Below are positions 17,781 through 26,525 of a stretch of DNA of 60,892 bases, piece after piece (the first letter of the stretch is position 1; the number at the start of each line of letters is the position of its first letter). The notes below the pieces were generated by a model that was not told the origin of the DNA, searched no databases, and worked only from the letters and a program-made list of their open reading frames with translations. Origin of the DNA: an uncultured bacterium (GTDB lineage Bacteria > Methylomirabilota > Methylomirabilia > Methylomirabilales > CSP1-5); contig CAYSDK010000001.1 of NCBI GenBank assembly GCA_964429865.1, positions 1-60,892 of the forward strand, given 5' to 3'. A program made the position numbers and the translations under genes.

Positions 17781-17853
17781 CTCATGCCTATCGCATGCAC
17801 CCGTCCCCGGTGCCCCCCGTCATTTCTCGTGCCTGCACCACACGGATGTCCCC

Positions 17854-18822
17854 ATGAAGATCCTTGCCTCGGGGGAAAGCGTCTACCACTGGGTCCACCC
17901 CGACGACTTTCGGGAGTGGGTCCGCCTGCACAAGAGTCGGGAGGCGACCGACAAGCTCATGACGGAACACGAGGCCGTCTCCCGCTTTGTGGCGGACGGG
18001 GACTACCTCGCCTACGATTTTTCTTCCCTCACCCGTGGTCCACAAGCCCTGGTCCGAGAAATCATCCGACAGCGCAGGCGGCACCTCTGGATCTGCGCCG
18101 AGTTTACCCTCCACGAGTCCGCATTACTGGTCGGCGCCGGGTGTGCCGATCGGATCGACGTGGGATTTTTGGGATACGGGGATTACATCGGGCGGGCGGT
18201 CGTGGAAGGAAGGGTGCGGGTCTTTGAATGGACCAACGGGGCCTTGGCCGCGCGGATGCTCGCCGGGGCGAGAGGACTTCCCTTCATGCCGATGCGAAAC
18301 CTTGTGGGAACGGATACCTTCGTCCGATCCGGAGCCAGGGTGGTGGCAGACCCCTTTGGCGCCGATCCCGTCTGCCTGGTCCCGGCGCTGCATCCGGATG
18401 TCTTCATCGTGCATGTCCACCAGGCGGACATCTCCGGGAATGCCCGCATCTTCGGGACCAACCTCTTTGCGCTGGAGGCGGCCATGGCCTCGAAGAAGGT
18501 GATCGTCTCTGCCGAGGAGATCGTCGATCCGCTCGAGTTTCGGAAGGAGCCGGCAAAGACGACGATCCCCCACTTCCTGGTCAGCGCCGTCGTGCACTTG
18601 CCGTTCGGGGCATATCCAGGTGGGGTGCCGGGGAGGTACGAGCTGGACCTCGAGCAAATCCAGCAATTGAACGCGATCGAGACTGAGGAACAGGTGCAGG
18701 CGTATCTCGAGGCCTTCGTGTACAGCGTGCGGTCCCACGCCGAACTGCTGGAGCAGAAAGTGGGGTGGGGACGGCTGGCGGACATGATCCGACGGGGGTC
18801 CATCAAAGAGGGATACTCGTAG
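17854..18822 (+). CDS. CoA-transferase subunit A (glutaconate/3-oxoacid CoA-transferase family I)
   Basis: The N-terminus MKILASGESVY...EAVSRFVADGDYLAYDF and the overall length fit GctA-like alpha subunits. The longer ORF from 17620 overlaps meaB and was trimmed. Confidence 0.75.
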   Translation: MKILASGESVYHWVHPDDFREWVRLHKSREATDKLMTEHEAVSRFVADGDYLAYDFSSLTRGPQALVREIIRQRRRHLWICAEFTLHESALLVGAGCADRIDVGFLGYGDYIGRAVVEGRVRVFEWTNGALAARMLAGARGLPFMPMRNLVGTDTFVRSGARVVADPFGADPVCLVPALHPDVFIVHVHQADISGNARIFGTNLFALEAAMASKKVIVSAEEIVDPLEFRKEPAKTTIPHFLVSAVVHLPFGAYPGGVPGRYELDLEQIQQLNAIETEEQVQAYLEAFVYSVRSHAELLEQKVGWGRLADMIRRGSIKEGYS

Positions 18823-18841
18823 CGAAGCGGCAGGGTCGCCC

Positions 18842-19639
18842 GTGACCGACACCATGGCCCGATTCACCGAGACCGAGTGCATGATCTGCCTCGCCGCCCG
18901 CCTGCTCGAAGACCGGAAGACGGTCTTCGTCGGCTGGGGCATTCCGCAGGTCGTGGCCATGCTGGCCGAGAGGCTGTACACCCCGAACCTCATCCAGGTC
19001 TTCGAGTTTGGCGCGATCGGTCCGCGGTCCCTGACCCCCTTTGTCCGCGGGACCATGGGGGGGCCTTCCAATGTCTATCGGTCGCTGCAGTGGACCACCA
19101 TGAACTGGGCCTTTGCCTACGCCGCCACCGGATATCTGGATTACGGAATGATCGGGGCGCTGCAGGTGGACCCGTACGGCAACGTGAACTCGACGCTGCT
19201 GGGGGGCAGTTACGACCGACCGAAACGGCGGTTCCCGGGAAGCGGGGGAGGGAACGAAGTTGCCTCGCTCTGCTGGAAGACGATCGTCGTGTTGAAGCAC
19301 GAGCCGCGTCGCTTCGTGGAGCAACTCGACTTCATGACCTCGCCGGGCTACCTGACCGGACCCGGGGCGCGGGAAGCCGCCGGTCTCCCCCGGGGAACCG
19401 GGCCCTACCGCGTCGTCACGTCGCAAGCCCTCTTTGGTTTTGACGACGAGACGAGGCACATGCGGCTCCTCGGCGTGTTGCGGGGACTGTCGGCGGATCA
19501 GGTGACTCGCGGGATGGGCTTTGCGCCCGTGGTGGCGGAAAAGGTCGAAGTGCTCGAGCCGCCGACGCGGGAGGAGTTGGCCGTCCTGCGCGAGGCAATC
19601 GATCCGTCGCGCATGATCATCGGGCGAGATGCCGGATGA
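18842..19639 (+). CDS. CoA-transferase subunit B
   Basis: ECMICLAARLLEDRKTVFVGWGIP... is the typical beta-subunit N-terminus. It follows subunit A. An alternative ATG lies at 18854. Confidence 0.75.
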   Translation: MTDTMARFTETECMICLAARLLEDRKTVFVGWGIPQVVAMLAERLYTPNLIQVFEFGAIGPRSLTPFVRGTMGGPSNVYRSLQWTTMNWAFAYAATGYLDYGMIGALQVDPYGNVNSTLLGGSYDRPKRRFPGSGGGNEVASLCWKTIVVLKHEPRRFVEQLDFMTSPGYLTGPGAREAAGLPRGTGPYRVVTSQALFGFDDETRHMRLLGVLRGLSADQVTRGMGFAPVVAEKVEVLEPPTREELAVLREAIDPSRMIIGRDAG

Positions 19640-20583
19640 CTCGCAGGGCGCCTTCACACGCAGGTGGGATAACCATAGGGCGGCCTGCGGGGGCTCGTGA
19701 CACGCCTGGAAGAAGGGGAGGGTTCGCCGAGCGCCTCGCCCGTCGGCTGCTCTACGCCGACGGAGCCGTCGGGACGATGCTGGTCGACAAAGGGCTCGGG
19801 CCAGACGAGCCCCCCGAGCTCTGGAATCTCACCCGGCCACGGGTGATCCAGGGGATCCACAGGGCCTATCTGGCCATCGGCTGCGATCTGGTGACCACGA
19901 ACACCTTTGGGGCGAACCGTCTCCGGCTCAAGGAGCGCCGGCTCCATGCCGAGGTCGCAACCATCAACAGGACGGCAGTCCATCTCGCGCGCAGGGCCTG
20001 CAGCCCCCGACACTTCGTCGCTGGCGGGGTGGGCCCGACGGGGCGCTTTGACCGGGGGAGGCATAGCGGATCACCGGCCGAGATCAGATCGGCGTTCCAG
20101 GAGCAGATTGCACACTTGAGCGAAGCCGGTATCGACCTGATCCTTGTCGAAACCATGACCCACCTCGCCGAGGCGCGGATGGCGCTTGAGGCCGCCCAGG
20201 CGTGTCCGCCGGTTCCGGCCGCAGTCAGTCTGGTCTTTTTTGCGCAGCGGGGCGACTTCCGCACGCTGGACGGCGCGTCGCCGGCGGAGGCGGTCCGTGA
20301 GCTTTCCACCGCTCAGGTAGTGGGATGCAATTGCGTGGATGTCGAGGTCGCGGTTGAGGTCCTGCGGCAGATGCGGGAGGCGACAGGGCTGCCCCTGATC
20401 GCCCAGCCGAATGCGGGGCTCCCAGAGAGGCGGGGAAAGAGATGGATCTATCCGTTCGGCCCTGAAGCTCTGGCTCGCTCTATGCCGTCCATGCTTGCGT
20501 CACGACCGGCGATCCTCGGAGGCTGCTGCGGAACCACCCCGGCTCACCTCCAGGCCTGCATGCAGGCTGCCCGCACCCGGTGA
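19636..20583 (+). CDS. homocysteine S-methyltransferase domain protein (stand-alone Hcy-binding/Zn domain, MmuM/MetH-N-like)
   Basis: LLYADGAVGTML, VTTNTFGAN, and Zn ligands in VVGCNCVD and GGCCGTTPAHL. Its ATG overlaps the upstream stop (ATGA). Confidence 0.75.
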   Translation: MTRRAPSHAGGITIGRPAGARDTPGRRGGFAERLARRLLYADGAVGTMLVDKGLGPDEPPELWNLTRPRVIQGIHRAYLAIGCDLVTTNTFGANRLRLKERRLHAEVATINRTAVHLARRACSPRHFVAGGVGPTGRFDRGRHSGSPAEIRSAFQEQIAHLSEAGIDLILVETMTHLAEARMALEAAQACPPVPAAVSLVFFAQRGDFRTLDGASPAEAVRELSTAQVVGCNCVDVEVAVEVLRQMREATGLPLIAQPNAGLPERRGKRWIYPFGPEALARSMPSMLASRPAILGGCCGTTPAHLQACMQAARTR

Positions 20584-20613
20584 CCCTGACCCCTGACTTG
20601 GAACAGAAATTGC

Positions 20614-20642
20614 TTGACATTCTCCTGGCCCGTCTCTATTTT
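20614..20642 (+). promoter_or_regulatory. sigma70-type promoter candidate (TTGACA-N17-TATTTT)
   Basis: TTGACA at 20614-20619, a 17-nt spacer, then TATTTT at 20637-20642. It lies ~45 nt upstream of a GGAGGTG SD and the ATG at 20686. Confidence 0.55.
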
Positions 20643-20685
20643 GACGCGGTTGCTTTGAGAGACGGGAGGGAGGTGAAAACGGTTC

Positions 20686-20907
20686 ATGGCCAAGGCAGAG
20701 GGAAAGAAGGCAGAGGGAAAGAAGGTAGAGGGAAAGGTGGCGAAGTTGGCCTCGCGCGAGGTCAACGGTCAGGCTGTCCGCGTGTACCCCTGTCCCGCCG
20801 ACGGGACCAAGATGAGCTGGATCCATTACTTTGGGGAGAACGGGCGGGGGAGGATGGCCCTCCGGTGTGAGAAGTGCGGGGCCATCAAGGGACGATCCGA
20901 ACTGTAA
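20686..20907 (+). CDS. small lysine-rich repeat / zinc-ribbon-like protein (73 aa), unknown function
   Basis: It has its own promoter-like element, a strong SD (GGAGGTG) and a strong terminator. The N-terminus is MAKAEGKKAEGKKVEGKV. The C-terminal part carries CP...H...CEKCG. Confidence 0.6.
   Translation: MAKAEGKKAEGKKVEGKVAKLASREVNGQAVRVYPCPADGTKMSWIHYFGENGRGRMALRCEKCGAIKGRSEL
20695..20739 (+). repeat. 3 x 15-nt in-frame tandem repeat (gcagagggaaagaag)
   Basis: Copies at 20695-20709 and 20710-20724 are identical. The third, 20725-20739 (gtagagggaaaggtg), is diverged. Together they encode AEGKK AEGKK VEGKV. Confidence 0.9.
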
Positions 20908-20928
20908 CCCGGGGGTCGAAAAGACACA

Positions 20929-20957
20929 GGGGGGGCATAGCCCCCCCTTCTTTTTTT
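20929..20957 (+). terminator. intrinsic terminator
   Basis: Stem gggggggc (20929-20936) / gccccccc (20940-20947) with loop ata, followed by ttcttttttt. Confidence 0.8.
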
Positions 20958-21231
20958 CCTTACATCCTGGCGATCGCCGCAGGTATTTTCAGGCGGCCGC
21001 TGAAAATCTCGTATCGTTTTGGTGTGAATTCTAAACGGTTGGCGTGAGAAAGGGCGCTTCGTTTCGAGCCGGTGTGGCCAAGCAATTCTGTCGGTCCTGG
21101 TCCCAACCCGCCCGTGAAACCACAAACGGTTGGATCTAGGCAGGCTGGATGGGATATAATACGTGAATGTGGACAGTGAGGTGCAAGGCTAACTTTTGAA
21201 GCTACCGCACTATGTTGGAAGCGAGGATCCG

Positions 21232-22275
21232 GTGAGAATTGCGCAGATTGCCCCGCTGTTTGAGAGTGTACCCCCCAAATATTACGGGGGGACAGAACGG
21301 GTGGTTTCGTATCTCACGGAAGAGCTGGTTCGGCAAGGGCACGACGTCACGTTGTATGCAAGCGGGGATTCCGTGACCAGGGCTCGCCTGATCGCACCCT
21401 GTCGTCGCTCTCTCCGTTTGGACAAGTCCTGTATCGATCAGCTAGCCCATCACGTGCTTCAACTGGAGAAAGCGTTTCGGGATGCGTCCCAGTTTGATAT
21501 CATCCATTCCCACCTCGACTATCTACCCTTTCCGCTGGCGAGGCGTCAGAGGAGACCGGTGGTGACCACCCTGCACGGACGCCTCGACATCCCAGACCTC
21601 GTCCCCCTGTACCGAGAGTTTTCAGAGATGCCCGTCGTCTCCATCTCCGACGCCCAGCGCCAGCCTTTGCCGTGGCTCAATTGGCAGGGCACCGTGTACC
21701 ACGGGCTGCCAGAGAACCTGTATACCTACCGGGAGAAGCCAGGGACGTATCTGGCCTTTCTTGGCCGCATCAGTCCCGAAAAGCGGGTGGATGCGGCCAT
21801 CGAGATTGCCAAGCACACAGGAATGGAACTCAAGATTGCAGCCAAGGTTGATAAGGTGGATCGAGAGTACTTCACCGAAGTCATCCGTCCGGTGCTCGAT
21901 CACCCGCTGGTCGAGTACGTGGGGGAGATCGGGGAGGCAGAGAAAGATGAGTTTTTGGGAAATGCCTATGCGCTCCTCTTTCCCATTGACTGGCCGGAAC
22001 CCTTCGGGTTGGTGATGATTGAAGCCATGGCCTGTGGGACGCCCATCATTGCGTGCCGTCAGGGGTCTGTCTCCGAAGTGATGCAGGAGGGTGTCACGGG
22101 CTTTATCTGCGATAGCGTGGAGGAGGCCGCCCGGGCCGTGGAGCGAATCCCAAGCCTGAGCCGGAAGGAGTGTCGCCAGATTTTTGAGAAACGGTTCACG
22201 GTGGGGCAAATGGCGCAAGCGTACCTGGCCATTTACCACCGGCTACTCGGGCGGGCGGTACGGTTTGCCGCCTGA
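21232..22275 (+). CDS. glycosyltransferase family 4 (GT-B, 'group 1')
   Basis: N-terminus (V)RIAQIAPLFESVPPKYYGGTERVV. C-terminal EPFGLVMIEAMACGTPIIA motif. The start is placed at GTG 21232 (GAGGA SD); the ORF is open from TTG 21196. Confidence 0.85.
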   Translation: MRIAQIAPLFESVPPKYYGGTERVVSYLTEELVRQGHDVTLYASGDSVTRARLIAPCRRSLRLDKSCIDQLAHHVLQLEKAFRDASQFDIIHSHLDYLPFPLARRQRRPVVTTLHGRLDIPDLVPLYREFSEMPVVSISDAQRQPLPWLNWQGTVYHGLPENLYTYREKPGTYLAFLGRISPEKRVDAAIEIAKHTGMELKIAAKVDKVDREYFTEVIRPVLDHPLVEYVGEIGEAEKDEFLGNAYALLFPIDWPEPFGLVMIEAMACGTPIIACRQGSVSEVMQEGVTGFICDSVEEAARAVERIPSLSRKECRQIFEKRFTVGQMAQAYLAIYHRLLGRAVRFAA

Positions 22276-22292
22276 GATGGATTCGAGGAACC

Positions 22293-24458
22293 ATGGAAGA
22301 CATCATTCGCATCAGAAATCAGTTCTATATTCTGGCGACCTCTTCCCTCGCGGACGATCGGACACGTGTTCTGAAAGACGGGGAGACCTTCGCTGTTCTC
22401 GACCGCTACGGGGACATCGCGCCGACAGGCCTGGGGGAACAAGGACTGTATCATGAGGGGACCCGATTCCTGAGCCGCCTGGAGGTGCGGCTTGATGGGC
22501 AGCGTCCACTGCTGTTGAGCTCAACGGTCAAAGACGACAATTCCTTCCTCGCGGTGGATCTGACTAACCCGGATATTTCCCTCGATGGTCAGGTGGTGCT
22601 GCCTCGGAACAGTGTGCACGTCTTCCGGTCGAAGCTGGTGTGGCAGGGTTGTTGCTACGAGCGCTTCCGGCTTCATAACTTTGCCCCCTGTCCTATAGAA
22701 ATCTCTTTCGCCTTGCGATTAGCAGCCGATTTTGCCGACATATTCGAGGTGCGAGGGGTCAAGCGAGCCCGGCGGGGGACGCTCCTCCCCCCCGAGGTGG
22801 AAGATGGGGGCTTAATCCTTGCTTATCGGGGGCTGGATGGCGTCCTCCGTCGGACCTGCCTGCGATTCTTCCCCGATCCGGAAATCCTGACCAACTCCGA
22901 GGTTACCTGGACAATCCGAATAGCTCCGCGGGGTGAGGCCATGGTTTTCCTCACGGTGTCCTGCGAGAACGCACCCCCTGGTCCCGCCATCTGGACCTAC
23001 GATCAAGCGGCCATGATGGCGACCGAGGCCTTGCGTCAGGCCAGCTCCAAGATCTGTGGTATCTATACCCCCAACGAGCAGCTTAACGACCTGGTGAATC
23101 GTTCGCTCGCGGATCTCCACATGATGGTCACGAACACCCCTGACGGCCCCTTCCCCTATGCCGGGGTCCCCTGGTTCTCGACGCCCTTCGGGCGGGATGG
23201 ACTCATCACTGCCCTGCAATGTCTGTGGGTGAATCCAGTGATTGCTCGCGGGGTCTTGGCCTTCCTGGCCTCTACCCAAGCCAAGGACGCCATTCCTGAG
23301 CGCGATGCCGAACCTGGCAAGATCGTCCACGAGATCCGTGGAGGGGAGATGGCCGCGCTTGGCGAGATTCCCTTCGGGCGCTACTACGGCAGTGTCGACG
23401 CCACCCCCCTCTTTGTCGTCCTGGCCGGAGCGTACTACGACCTCACCGGAGAGCTGGCCTTTATTCAAGCTCTCTGGCCTGCTATCGAGAAGGCCCTCGA
23501 CTGGATTGATCGCTGGGGCGACATTGACGGAGACGGCTTCGTGGAATACTCGCGGCGGTCTCCTCATGGCCTGACCCACCAGGGTTGGAAGGACTCTGAA
23601 GACGCCGTATTCCACGCCGATGGCACAGTGGCGAAAGGTCCCATCGCCCTCTGCGAGGTGCAGGCATACGTCTATGCCGCTAAGACGGCGGCGGCCGCAC
23701 TGGCCCATCGTCTCGGCAACACCACATTGGCCGAGAGGCTCCAGGGCGAAGCCAGGACCCTCCAAGGACAATTCGAGGAGGCCTTCTGGTGTGAGGACCT
23801 TGGGACGTATGCCCTGGCGCTCGACGGCGACAAACGCCCCTGTCGGGTCAAATCCTCGAACGCTGGCCAGTGTCTATTCTCCGGCATCGTCGCCGCAGAG
23901 CGAGCCCGTCGAGTGGCCGAGACATTGCTCCAGAACGACTCCTTTAGCGGCTGGGGGGTGAGGACTCTGGCTGCCTCCGAAGTCCGCTACAATCCCATGT
24001 CCTATCACAACGGCTCCGTCTGGCCCCACGACAACAGCCTGATTGCCCTTGGGCTTGCGCGTTATGGACTGACCGAGCCGCTCCTCCGCATTTTTACGGG
24101 GCTCCTCGATGTCAGCGTGTTCACGGAGCTTCATCGACTGCCGGAGCTTTTCTGCGGCTTTCACCGCCGCCCCGGAGAGGGTCCCACCCTGTATCCAGTG
24201 GCCTGTGCGCCGCAGTCATGGGCCGCCGGATCGGTGTTCCTCCTCCTCCAAGCCTGTCTCGGGCTCTGTTTTAACGCCGCAGAGCAGGAAATCCGCTTCT
24301 CCCGTCCTGTGCTCCCCGCATCCCTCGAGACGGTTGAGCTGAAGGGGCTCCGAATAAATGGAGGCTCGCTCGACTTGCTGCTGCGCCGCCATGCGCAGAA
24401 CGTCGGGATCGAGATCGTTCGGAAAGAGGGAGAGGTCCGGGTCACGATGGTGCAGTAA
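22293..24458 (+). CDS. amylo-alpha-1,6-glucosidase / glycogen-debranching-enzyme-like protein (GDE_N_bis + (alpha/alpha)6 GDE_C)
   Basis: FGRDGLITALQ, GKIVHEIRGGE, HQGWKDSEDAV and YHNGSVWPHDNS motifs. 721 aa. Confidence 0.8.
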   Translation: MEDIIRIRNQFYILATSSLADDRTRVLKDGETFAVLDRYGDIAPTGLGEQGLYHEGTRFLSRLEVRLDGQRPLLLSSTVKDDNSFLAVDLTNPDISLDGQVVLPRNSVHVFRSKLVWQGCCYERFRLHNFAPCPIEISFALRLAADFADIFEVRGVKRARRGTLLPPEVEDGGLILAYRGLDGVLRRTCLRFFPDPEILTNSEVTWTIRIAPRGEAMVFLTVSCENAPPGPAIWTYDQAAMMATEALRQASSKICGIYTPNEQLNDLVNRSLADLHMMVTNTPDGPFPYAGVPWFSTPFGRDGLITALQCLWVNPVIARGVLAFLASTQAKDAIPERDAEPGKIVHEIRGGEMAALGEIPFGRYYGSVDATPLFVVLAGAYYDLTGELAFIQALWPAIEKALDWIDRWGDIDGDGFVEYSRRSPHGLTHQGWKDSEDAVFHADGTVAKGPIALCEVQAYVYAAKTAAAALAHRLGNTTLAERLQGEARTLQGQFEEAFWCEDLGTYALALDGDKRPCRVKSSNAGQCLFSGIVAAERARRVAETLLQNDSFSGWGVRTLAASEVRYNPMSYHNGSVWPHDNSLIALGLARYGLTEPLLRIFTGLLDVSVFTELHRLPELFCGFHRRPGEGPTLYPVACAPQSWAAGSVFLLLQACLGLCFNAAEQEIRFSRPVLPASLETVELKGLRINGGSLDLLLRRHAQNVGIEIVRKEGEVRVTMVQ

Positions 24459-24522
24459 TCACGCTAACCTTACATTGGGCCGGCGGGGGCACGCTGCTCT
24501 TAACGCAAAGCGCCATTTCTCT

Positions 24523-24551
24523 TTGACAGCCCCGAACCTGTTTGTTATCCT
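24523..24551 (+). promoter_or_regulatory. sigma70-type promoter candidate (TTGACA-N17-TATCCT)
   Basis: TTGACA at 24523-24528 and TATCCT at 24546-24551, upstream of the phaR-like gene. Confidence 0.45.
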
Positions 24552-24702
24552 AAACCATCTTGTGAGGAGCGGGGAGGATGTGGAGCGAGTTCCGCGGCGA
24601 CTGCGCAGCCTCCAGGGAGAAGTCGAGAGACTCCCGAAGACGCCGGGGGGGTCCGGACGGGTCGGAGATCTTCGAAGCATCGAGCAGCCAGGCGGAGGAG
24701 CG

Positions 24703-25182
24703 GTGACAGAGGAGCAAGTCCTCATCAAGAAGTACAGCAACCGCAAGCTCTACGATCTCAACCGGAGTCGGTATGTCACCCTGGAGGAGATCGCGGAAAT
24801 GATCCGCCAGGGGCGCCAGGTCAAGATCGTGGATGCGGACAGCCAGGAAGACCTGACCAACGTCACGTTGGTCCAGATCCTCCTGGAAGAAGAGAAGCGG
24901 CGGAACCTGTTGCCGGTGGCGTTCCTCCACCGCTTGATCAAGTACGGCGAGATGTACCAGGATGTCTTCCGCCAGTACCTCTCCTCCAGTCTGGAGGGGA
25001 TGCTCTCCATGCAGCGGGAAGCCAAAAAGGGGATGGAGCAGTGGACACAGTTGGGAGGCCGGGATGATGAGATGGCGCCCAGCGGCGAGCCCGCCATCCG
25101 CGAAAACCCGGCGAACGTGAAAGCGGAACTCGACTCCCTGAAAGAGAAGCTCACGGAGTTGGAGAAGAAGCTGGGATTGTAG
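24703..25182 (+). CDS. phaR: PhaR-type polyhydroxyalkanoate synthesis regulator
   Basis: LIKKYSNRKLYDLNRSRYVTLEEIAEMIRQG...DLTNVTLVQILLEEE is the PHB_acc_N signature. GTG start with a GGAGGAG SD. An in-frame GTG at 24580 is an alternative. Confidence 0.8.
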   Translation: MTEEQVLIKKYSNRKLYDLNRSRYVTLEEIAEMIRQGRQVKIVDADSQEDLTNVTLVQILLEEEKRRNLLPVAFLHRLIKYGEMYQDVFRQYLSSSLEGMLSMQREAKKGMEQWTQLGGRDDEMAPSGEPAIRENPANVKAELDSLKEKLTELEKKLGL

Positions 25183-25379
25183 TCGTCGCCCTCCCATTCT
25201 TCTGACATTCCCGGCGTTTTTCCATCGGCACGGGTGTTGTGCAATGTGCCACCTCCACCCCGTCTCGGCGCCGCAGGCGAGAAGCGGCGCTGTAAACACG
25301 GGGGTGAATATCGCGTAGTGTCCAGCCACGACGTGGCGAATGACGATGTCGTATGGATGGCTTGAGGGGGAGGGAGCAG

Positions 25380-26399
25380 ATGGACGAGAAGCGGGAACGG
25401 GAGCGGGCACGGGATCTGGCTATCACACAGATCGAGAAGCTCTACGGCAAAGGGTCGATCATGCGTCTGGGGGGAACCGGCGTCCTGGAGCCGATCTCTG
25501 CGATTCCCACAGGCGCGCTGGAACTGGATCACGCCCTCGGGATCGGCGGGGTGCCTCGCGGACGGGTGATCGAGATCTTCGGCCCGGAGTCCTCAGGGAA
25601 GACCACGCTGGCCCTCCACATCATTGCCGAGGCACAGCGGCTTGGCGGGGCGGCCGCCTTCGTCGACGCGGAACACGCCCTGGACCCCCGATACGCAGCG
25701 GCGCTGGGGGTCAGCATCGACGATCTGCTCATCTCGCAACCGGACACGGGCGAGCAGGCCCTGGACATCACCGAGATCCTGGTGCGCAGTGGTGCGGTGG
25801 ATGTCGTGGTTATCGACTCGGTGGCCGCCCTCGTCCCGCGCGCCGAGATCGAGGGGGAGATGGGCGAACCGACCATGGGACTCCAGGCGCGTCTCATGTC
25901 TCAGGCCCTCCGCAAGTTGACGGCGGCGATCTCGAAATCCAAAACCTGCGTGGTCTTTATCAATCAGCTGCGAGAAAAGATCGGCGTCATGTTCGGCAAC
26001 CCGGAGACGACCACGGGCGGTCGGGCGCTCAAATTCTACGCCTCCGTCCGACTTGATATCCGCAAGATCGCGTCTATCAAAGAGGGGGAGACGGTGATCG
26101 GGAATCGGGTGCGCGTGAAGGTGGTGAAGAACAAGATCGCGCCCCCCTTCCGCGAATCCGAATTCGACATCATCTTCGGCGAGGGCATCTCCCGCTCCTC
26201 GAGCCTCCTCGATCTGGGGGTGGTCCACAAGGTGGTCGAAAAGAGCGGCGCCTGGTACTCCTACGGGGGAGACCGGATCGGTCAAGGGCGCGAAAATGCA
26301 AAGCGATTCTTGCACGAAAACCCGGCCATTCTCAACGAGATCGAGAAAAAGCTCCGGGCCCTCCTGGGCATAGACGGCGCCCAAAAGACCGCAGATTGA
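25380..26399 (+). CDS. recA: recombinase RecA
   Basis: [14 protein letters not shown], Walker [31 protein letters not shown] and [33 protein letters not shown] before ATG 25380. Confidence 0.97.
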   Translation: MDEKRERERARDLAITQIEKLYGKGSIMRLGGTGVLEPISAIPTGALELDHALGIGGVPRGRVIEIFGPESSGKTTLALHIIAEAQRLGGAAAFVDAEHALDPRYAAALGVSIDDLLISQPDTGEQALDITEILVRSGAVDVVVIDSVAALVPRAEIEGEMGEPTMGLQARLMSQALRKLTAAISKSKTCVVFINQLREKIGVMFGNPETTTGGRALKFYASVRLDIRKIASIKEGETVIGNRVRVKVVKNKIAPPFRESEFDIIFGEGISRSSSLLDLGVVHKVVEKSGAWYSYGGDRIGQGRENAKRFLHENPAILNEIEKKLRALLGIDGAQKTAD

Positions 26400-26525
26400 A
26401 TTGAGAGGATCTCACCTGCATCCACCGCCCCGCCCCCCGGGTCGGGAGGTGTCCCTCCGCCGCTGCGCCTCTCCGGCACAGAAAATGCATGAAGGAGCCT
26501 CGAAAACACCAAAGCCGGAGGCGCC

